The notes under the pieces are model-generated. The model was not told the DNA's origin and did no database searches. It saw only the letters and a program-made list of their open reading frames with translations. The translations under genes were made by a program, and so were the position numbers. Shown here one piece after another: positions 53,821-64,000 of a stretch of 64,000 bases of DNA (position 1 is its first letter; each line of letters starts with the position of its first letter). The DNA comes from Octopus vulgaris (Eukaryota): contig OX597824.1 in assembly GCA_951406725.2 (NCBI GenBank), positions 50,840,001-50,904,000 on the forward strand, written 5' to 3'.

Positions 53821-54878
53821 ATACCTATGTCAAAATAACATATATATGTGACTTTCCTGCAGTATTATGGAAAATGCTACTACACTCGTGACTCATGATA
53901 AAATTCCTACTCAACACTCGCAGATTAATGAAGACAACTATGGATATAAAGTCGTTCCAGTCATGACCATCTCATTTAGCTTGATTTGTTATCTTTGTCC
54001 AGAAATTTGATGCATCTGGGAATATCATGGCTGTGATGCCTTCATTCTTACGTATGCTCGACAACCATCATCATCATTATCACCACCACAACCACCACCA
54101 CCACCACCACCAAAACCACCATCACTATCAACAGCAACAACAACATCATCATCAACAACAGCATTACCATTACCATCACTACACCACCAATAACAACACC
54201 AACAAACTAACCATACCATCACTACACCACCAATAACAACACCAACAAACTAACCAGTATGATCTAGAGAATTCATAAAAACAAATAAAAAAAACATTAA
54301 AAATTCAAATAACATTGTTGACAGCCAACACGAAGCTACCCTACCTGTTCACTTGTTGTACTAGAAAGCGCAACCAAATCTTCCTCTAATCACACAGGGG
54401 CAAAAAACGAATAGAAAAACCGAGATAGAATAGTTATAGCTTAAACACCTTTGATCACAACTTTCATCGATCAGAACCGATCTGGGAACTACACAACCCA
54501 AACAAATCAATTTCGATCGATCAAGACAGGAGAAATAACTTCTGCAAGTGAAGGCATCAGATTTCCAAGCATCGCTACTTCTTGGACTACATTTAACAGA
54601 TTTCGCTGCACGCTACACAATAACTGCTGTATATGATAAACCTCACTTTAAATGTGTTATTGTAATTCGTTTGTGGTTGTTATTTAATGATGCAGAAGCT
54701 TCTAGTAATTGTTCAGAACAAGTCAATTGTCACGGTCGCATTCCAGCCTTAATTCCTGGCATCAAATTTCGAAATATATCTGTCATTTCCTTGCCGTATT
54801 TCAAATTCATCGATCTGGTCATTACGACTGACAATCTGCCTGTCTACCTCGGGCTCTCTCTTGCTTCTACCTATCTAC

Positions 54879-54951
<73 letters not shown>

Positions 54952-54964
54952 GCAATAGCATCTG

Positions 54965-55007
<43 letters not shown>

Positions 55008-56424
55008 TTGTGCCATTCTTTTATTCTTTCTATTTGCTTTTCTTTCGTAATACGCCCACCTTTTATCAATCTGTTTATTTCCCTCCTTCCTTCACTCATT
55101 CACTCACTCACTCCCTCACTCACTCTCTCTCTCTCTCTCTCTCTCACTCTCTCTCTCTCTCTCTTTCTCTCCATCAGTCTACTGTAATGTTGCGAAGATA
55201 AAGTGTCTTTATTCTGACAAATACACTTTAGAATTTGCATGCCTATTGAAATGGCAAAATTGTTTGTCTGTTTTAACATGTTCTATTCAGTAATGTACCC
55301 CGAGCACAATCGTTATCGACACTTCATCCATGACGATAATATTTTAAGAAAAGCATGAACGTAGCATAACCTCATACGTTGCATGTTTTTGTGCCTACAT
55401 TCTTGATGTGCTTGACGAATAGGACTAACATCTCACACATCAGTTTCAAATTTTGGCACAAGACTAGCAATTTGAGTGAAAGGTGATAGTCGATTAGATC
55501 GACCCCTGTGCACAACTGGCATTTATTTTACCGACATCAAAAGGATGAAATGCAAAGTCGATCTCGGCGAAATTTGAACTCAGAACGTAAAGAAAGACGA
55601 AATACTGCTAAGCAGTTTGCCCGGCGCACTAACGATTCAGTCAGCTCACCTCATCTCACAAATCGCGAGTTCAAATTCACTACGGACGTTTGGTATGTTT
55701 TTAGACGGGACACTTCTTTCAACATCGTCTTAGTTTGCACAGATATATATTTATATGATTAGATATTTTATCAGATTTCAAGGATATGTTACCTATAATA
55801 GACTTGTACCCATGCCAGCGGATTGTTTCCTGCTCATTTACTTCAAATCATAGCACTGAAACTTAGCACTAGACTTTTAGGGATCTAAAAGGCTTAATAG
55901 ATATTTCATTTATCTATTACACCTGCTTCTTCTATTCTTCGAGTCATCTTTCATCTACTTCGAGTCATAAGAAGGAGCATGCGCTATCCAAATTCTCTTC
56001 CTAGAGGAACCAAATTTTTTTTCCACACATATCCCTTGTGATGTTGAAAAAGTTGTGATGGTTACATCCGTGCATTCCTCGTCCCCCAAATTGTTCATGC
56101 TTGATTCGTATGACAGACAAATAGTATTTTACAATCAATTACAAAACTGACTTGTAATTACAGAGATTTTGACAGGAACATCTAAGATAGCTACTTTAGA
56201 ATCCTAGAGATATGATTCCAAATAGAACCGGAGTCAACTTTGCCAATCATTCATGCAGAGTCATTAAAATATGATTCCTATATATCGATTGTCTCCGCCT
56301 TTCTTGTACTCTGATCTCGTAACGAAAAGATATAGCAATTCTTGGAATGATAATGGTTATGGTGATTGTGAATATGGAGGTAGGTGTGGCGGAGTTTTTC
56401 TTGGTTTTGTAATAATGGTAGGTG

Positions 56425-56670
56425 TGGAGGAGGTAGTGGTTGTTGTGCTGGAGCTATGGTAGCTGTGTTGAAGGTGTAGTAACTGTGCTTGATGCAGTAG
56501 TAGTTGTGTTGGGGGTATGGTAGTAGTGTTCAAGGTAGAGGTAGCTGTGTTGGAGGTAAAGGTAGTTGTGTTAGAGGTATAGTAGCTGTGCTGGATGTAG
56601 TGGTAGTTGTGTTGGATGTAGAGACAGTTGTGTTGGAGGTGTGGTACTTGTGTGGACGTAGAAGTAGCTG
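56425..56670. repeat. Degenerate ~21-bp minisatellite
   Basis: GTAGTAGYTGTGTTGGAKGT-like unit repeated about 10 times. Confidence 0.75.
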
Positions 56671-57269
56671 TGCTGTCGATATATAAACTGAATGGTGGGT
56701 GGAGAGAGTTGAAGCTATGACTCCACAGTAATTCGGTTCTATTCATGTTATTATTATTTTTACCGTTTATCGGCATCTTGGGCCGATGAAAACCGTAGCA
56801 AAACTATATCTGTGTGCATCCAGTCAATTTATTATTATCCTCAATAATTGGTCTTGCATAGTTAAGACAGCGAAGATACAACGCATCGTGGTTAGGGTGT
56901 TGGGCTCGCAATCTTTATGTTGAGGGTTCGAATCTTGAATCAAGCGGTGCGTTGTTTCCTTGAGCAAGTTACCGATGATTCAATCCACTCGGATGAAAAT
57001 GATTGCTAGATACAGTGGTGTTCAGAGGAAAGTCTTGTACTCTCAGTTGACTAAATGCTTCGGAAACACAGATTAGCTCTGGTCTTATTAAGCTGTAAGA
57101 TTCGAAGCAGATATTAAGATCTTTGTAAAACTAAGACCGATTAAATCGATTATTTCTCTAGAAAGTAAAAAGATTGTAATAGTTGTATTCAAACCAAATG
57201 TAGAGTATAGTTGTTTTTTTCATTTTGGAGTCAACAATTAAATCCTATTTGTCTAAGGAGTGTTTTGTT

Positions 57270-57379
57270 TTCTTTGTCTAAGCTCTTTCGACGTACATCT
57301 TGCGACCTCTTCAGCGACACTTTATAAAGTGTTGTTAAAGAGGTCACAGGATGTGTGCCGAAAGAGCTTAGATAAAGGA
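57270..57379. repeat. 110-bp spacerless imperfect palindrome
   Basis: Centred on ACTTTATAAAGT (57324/57325); the arms differ only by transitions. Confidence 0.9.
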
Positions 57380-57382
57380 CAC

Positions 57383-57645
<263 letters not shown>

Positions 57646-59561
57646 AGTTGTTCTTACCTCTTCGGTTCTACGAGTAACATTATATACAATGAAGGCGGTG
57701 GATTCAATCGAAACCAGTGCACGGCTGTTATTTTATTTTATCGCTCTCCACAGGTGATAAGTAAAGTTTTCCTCGGCAGGATTTGAACTCAGAACGTAAA
57801 GGGATGTATTATGTTTGGATGTTACGACGTACGCAAGTGCAACTGAAAAGAACTAGCACCAAAATCGATTTGAAACTGAGGCATTGTCTTCACTCGAGAG
57901 GAGCCTATTTCTTGCTCTACTACAGATAAATATATAAATTGGCGCAGTGCATTACCGATATATATTTTATTAACCACTTCGATACGAAAAGCAGAGTTCA
58001 CTCCAGCAGTATTTGGAATCAGGAATAATGTAAATAGGAGATGACAATTAAGCCAAATCTCCACTTCTCAGTTTTAATTAAAGAATAATTAGTGTTTTCT
58101 TAATTTGGTGATACAGAGCCATAATTCCATTAGGAGAAATGCTGTAGTTGATTGACTCAGTCTTACTACTTGTATCGAAACTTGGGTTGACCTGCGGAAT
58201 AAATATTGACATTATTGAGCAAAGTCGGGCATTTGGTTTTGACTTCTGCATGAGCATTTCTATTCTCTTCTCCATTGTACACACACACACACACATACAT
58301 ACACACACGCACGCGCGCGCACACGCATACACTCACGCGCACACGTAATTACGCACACACACACATTCGTTTGCAACCCAGAATTTCAATTTAACGTCTT
58401 CTATCCTCAAACCCGAGCCTTTTTTGTTTTTTATGAAATAAATCGCCATTAAACTTTCACCACGGACACCACAGTGTAAGATAAACTCCTGATTAAATTA
58501 AATCAACAATCTTGATATCTATCTCCGTATAAATTTATTTTCCATCACTTGTTTCAACAACACTTGCAAAAAGTAGATATGAACATTGATTTTGTCTCAT
58601 TAACAAGCCATTAAAAGTTACTTGTGTTGGTCACCGACAGAAACATGGCGTAGAATATATATAAACAAAACTCTGTTGCCTCCACATGGTTACTTCTTTA
58701 AATCAAACCTCACAGTCTTGAGACTATATAAGATTCTCTTGAATAATATAGTATTATTTATACAATACGTGAAGAAAGAAACAAAAAGGCCATAGCTTGA
58801 ACCATTTTTATTGTAGGCCTGATCAACCAATGCTGATCACGAGTCAAATAACAATAGCAGAAGCATAGAATATAAAGAAAAATCCGAGACGGAAAAAATT
58901 CTTATCCAAAATAAATATCGACAAAAAGAGTTGATCTCAGTTCATTCAGGAAATGACACATTCATTAGTTATGAAATACACGATTCTCTAGTATTTACAG
59001 CAAGTTGCAGCAGGTCGTTAAAAGCCAAAAAGTGACATGAGTAAGTATACAAATCAACATCAGTGTTAGTATTAGAACCAGCCACTTCCCTGCTAACTGA
59101 TACTGACTCAACCGCCTAGCTCTTACTGCAGCTAATGAATCATAGATAATTTCTGATCTATGATCAAAGGTGTTCCAGCTATAGCCATCTAGTCTAATTT
59201 TTCCCGGATCACGTTATTCAATGTTCTTATTCTTAAGACGGAATGGTATGACATCAAGAACTTTTAGCTGCTATCTCTAACAAGCAGCTCAAGCAATTAT
59301 GCAGAGTTTCCTGATGCTTCCGAACGAGTACAATAAGACGTGAATTCTGTATAGTATAAGACGGCGATTGTGGTTACGATATACCAATGCAATCCAAAGT
59401 TTTCTTTCCTGTGCAGTAAAAAATCCCAATGGGGAACGACTTAGTGAACTGAATGGTTGTGGGTGAGATGTTTTGACATCAACGGAGCGATGAGACAAAC
59501 AGGAAAAATAGCGGTGATTTTCAGCTGATCGTCTCATAGCCTTCCTTGCCATTCAAATATC

Positions 59562-59622
<61 letters not shown>

Positions 59623-60216
59623 TATCTCACTTCTTTCATCTCACCTCCCTTCTCTCTCTCTCAAACACACACATGAACTCGTTCAGTCCCCCTCCGACAA
59701 TTGTTTCTATCGCTGTTACTTACCTCAGGTTAGCTGTGATCGAACGGAATTGTCTAGAATCAAAAGCGTTCTGGCTGTAACCATTCCGTACTAATTCTAT
59801 ATGTCCAGTGATCGTTTGACTTCATTTTCCAATATCTTCTATTCTAGCACTATTGTGAGTGAATTGAGGGAAATGTCCTGCTATTTTTAAAAGGTCGGGT
59901 GACTACGTACTGGCTCCCTCATTATTGCGTTGTCCAGTAATGCAGAAGAGAAAGGGGGGTAAATCCCGACACTGATTACTTGCGACGGCCATTGTAGCCA
60001 TTTCAAAGTTCACGGTTCGATAGCAACGGCATCAGTAATGTAAAGTGATGAAATGTGGAAATGGTCAAATGGTTAAGTGGTCATTTGAGCAGTAGTAATG
60101 TGATTGACGCACATCTCTCAATTAGCGAAGTAACAGACATCAAGTCTACTACAGATGCAGTCGGATATTCTATATTGCTCTCCTATATGAAATGGCATCA
60201 CGTTCGTAACCCTAAT

Positions 60217-60273
<57 letters not shown>

Positions 60274-60430
60274 CGCACGCACACACACACAAAATCACTT
60301 ATTCACGCGGCCACTCCCTTTCGTTCTCAGTCATTTACTCGCCGACATATATGTCTGTGTGTAAGAATACTAGCAGCATGCCTTTATATATACATACATA
60401 CATGCATACATTTATACATACATACATACA

Positions 60431-60463
<33 letters not shown>

Positions 60464-60576
60464 TCATTCATACATTTACACACACACACACGTATATATA
60501 TACATATAAATATATAATTTATGTGTATGTAACTGTATGTATACATATATATATATGTATATATGCATATATATGA

Positions 60577-60620
<44 letters not shown>

Positions 60621-60735
60621 TCATATATATATGCGTGTGTGCGTGTATATTACATCGCACGCTGTCACACTACGCGCACACGCACTCGTACATACAAACA
60701 TACATACATACAAACGTACATACATAAGTATATAT

Positions 60736-60854
<119 letters not shown>

Positions 60855-61384
60855 GTGTGTGTGCTTAAATGTGTGTAATATGAGAGAACGAAGAGCCGGT
60901 TCCTATATTTAATGAAATGCTCAATTAAATAGCAATTTGACATTTGCCTGTACACTGATAGACGCATAGAAACACACGCTTGCATACAACTATTTATATA
61001 AACGTGTTTATTTTCACGCTTTTAGACTAGAGAATCTTGTCCGTTTATGTCTGTTGCCACGTACACGGACACAGGTATGGCTGCGTGGTTAAGAAGTTCG
61101 TTTTGCAATCACCTGCTTCAGGGTTCGCACGCTTTGGGCAGCATATTAAATGTATCTTCTACTGCGTTTGTGTATCTACCTTCGAGTGCAAATGAAAGTA
61201 TATCTTTCTTTTCTAACATGGAGCTATCCAATTGAAAAGCCCTACAGTTTTGAACATATGGTGGTGATAATGATTGTTATTTAATCGAAAATCACCCTTC
61301 TTGATCGAACAGACAAATGAACAAAGACATTCTCGAAACGATTATTGTTTACTTTTGTAGACGTGCTGTAACTGGTATTACTAG

Positions 61385-61552
61385 TACCGTTTTAAAGTAT
61401 GAGCACACTGGGCATTTGTCTAGAGGCCCTCACGGGTCCAGGGGCCCAATTCTAATCTATGTATAATGTGGCTTGCTGTAAATAAGCCATTGCTTTGAGG
61501 CCCAGTGCACTGATGTACCAGGGATCAAGTAATGCTACTAAAACGGCCTTGG
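61385..61552. mobile_element. Degraded small MITE-like element
   Basis: CCGTTTTAA ... TAAAACGG ends with internal GGGCCC motifs. Confidence 0.35.
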
Positions 61553-64000
61553 GTATTACGCTATTTAACGTATTTTCCTTTTTACGGCGTGGTTTTGCTA
61601 CTATTTTTAATAAGTCAGTTACAGACTACGTGGAAGCGTCATCATAGTCCATTTCTGTAGTGCCTTTGCATTTCGGTTTTATTTTTATAGACGGTTGGAT
61701 GTTTGTTTTAAGAGACGCGGCTTCAATATCGAGCAAACCGAGAAACGATTTACTAGCTCTCTTACCAGTTTGAATAGACTCCCAGACTGAATTCAAATAG
61801 TTGTTGTTGTTGCTATTGTTTTGTTCCAGATTAGTTCTGACAGAGTAGAGTTAAGAACAATAACAGTTTATAGCATAGAGTGCGTTAATATACTCAATGT
61901 ATTTCTTTAGAACTTTAACTCATTTTAGATATCCTTGCCATAGTTAAACTGGAGTAAGTCGTTTCAACAAAAATTACAGTTTATAGTAAGGGAGAGGAAG
62001 CAGTTGGTTCTTTGGTTTAAAGAGGTAGGGAAAAAGATTTAACTGTTTTTTTTTAATTTATTGAATAGCAGCAAATATGTCGGCCATATTGAATAACAGC
62101 TAATATATCGGCCATATTAAATCTCCGTACAATTAAAGTAGGTGACTTCCTCTAGTCTTTCATATGTATCACTATTTCTCATGACAATTTATTCTGCATA
62201 TCTGTATATATATACATGTCAGCATGTATATATATACGGATGTATTATATATTAGCATGTATATGTATGTAAATATATATGTATTGCATAAAAGCATGTA
62301 TGCAAATATTACACACACACACATATATATATAGGTGTGTGTATGTATATACATGTAGTGTGTATAAACATGCCTGTGTATTAATGTATATATATATATA
62401 TATTTGTGTGTGTGTATTGCAAAATAAAATGCGTGTATGCGTGTATGTATGCATATATGTGCATATATATGCATATATATGTTCCCACTTTGTATGTATT
62501 TTAAGTGTGTATGTAACGTGTGTATATATATATCATGTATTTAAATATGTGTAACGTATGTATGAGAGAGAAAGAAATTGATCGAGAGGTGTGTGTTTTT
62601 TTATATATGTAACGTGTATTTATGTGTGTTTGTGTGTGTGCGTATCTGCGATTGTGTACACTAGCGCATAACGGTGTTTGTATGTGTGTGCTTGTTTGCA
62701 TGCGTACGTATGTATATAATTCTGCATATCTCTATATATGGTTGTATGTACGTGTATCTGTTAATGTTAATGTATGTGTATGCTTGTAGGTGGGGATGTA
62801 AAATTTATTTCCATCCATAGCTAAATGATTCTGTCGATCTTTTAGTTTCTTTTTATTGCTTTTTTCTCAGCTTTGTTTCTATATTTATGTGTATGTGCGT
62901 TATTGTCTGTATGTGCATGTGAACTTACGAGAGTCTCTTTGTGTGTGTATGCGTCTATGCTTGAATTTACATCTGTGTTTGTACGCATGTTTATGTATGA
63001 ATGTATATTTTTGCGTATGTGTGTTTGTGTACGAATGTGTATCTATGTGTATGTGTGTCTATGCTTGAATATATATCTGTGTGTTCGTGTGTGAGAGCTT
63101 TACATATTTATTTCCCCTCTTTCATTTGTTCACTTCCTCCTACAAACCTTCAAACATGTTATGTTGTAAAGAGAAACTGTGGAAATCAGAATTAACGATG
63201 AAAGATTTAACAAAATGTCCGCCTCCCGTCATTAATTTAACGCTTAAATCGGCCTCCGTTTTATTTTGTTTTTAATCCGCATGCGTTTCAAGCCAGCTTC
63301 CGGTTTCTGACTGACATTAGCCGAACATTTAAGTGTTTCTATTTGTTTGTTTGTTTGCTTGATCGCTCGTTTGTTTGTTGTTTTCTTGACATAATGTTTA
63401 CACACATTATGCAATACCGTTTGACAACGAGTAAAATGTGACAAGCAGCTGTTTTTTTTCTCTTTCTTGTTTTTAACTTTTTTTTTGAATGAGCCATATA
63501 TGTATTTTAATGCCTGTCTGTGCCTATCCTGTATGCGTGTGTTTTTGCGGGTGAATTTGTTATAAATGCTATGGTTGAATTAAATTAATTCACCGAAGAA
63601 TTAGTGGCGGTTGACAATGGATATCGCTTAGAACAGTGTAAGCTGTATTATAAGCCGTATAAAGCGTTACAATTCAATCTGATCCGATTCCAGAGACGGA
63701 CACTACGGAAAATTTCTCGGAAATTTAGCAAATATATTGAGTTGTCCTTCCTGTTCTAGTTGTCATCGTACAAGTCCTATGCTACCAAACGAGCATACAT
63801 ATAATCGTTCAAGACAATTCTACATTTTGTTTCCAAAAATTTGCATGTAGAACTAATTATCTAATTCATCCGGCAAGGTTTATTTCGAGGGGCGTTTAGC
63901 AGCTATTTCTAGCAGGTTGGCCGAATTCTTCAATTTTCTTTTGTTTAACTGCACTCAAAACCCAATGATACGATGGTCCTCAAGTTCACAAATATTATCT

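Overview
AT-rich, microsatellite-saturated eukaryotic DNA with no supportable host protein-coding exon, so it is intergenic or intronic. The repeat repertoire suggests a cephalopod, most likely Octopus (inference). Nearly all ORFs in the track are microsatellite artefacts. The real coding signal comes from mobile elements: Penelope-like elements (PLEs; one near-complete at 48.7-51.7 kb with inverted pseudo-LTRs), R4/Dong-like and CRE-like restriction-endonuclease LINEs, RTE LINEs, an ORF1-only L1/Tx1-like element, two mariners, a maT/Tc1 remnant, MITEs, Helitron-like pieces and three tRNA-derived SINE families. The most notable observations are: minimal hammerhead ribozymes with a compensatory U3-A8 core in several PLE terminal repeats; an HIV-type T TTT TTA -1 frameshift site giving access to a PLE RT frame that lacks an upstream ATG; an extended hammerhead downstream of a gag-only element; R4/Dong-like LINEs sitting in (CATA)n arrays; and several fold-back or inverted-repeat structures. 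All alignments and folds were done by eye.
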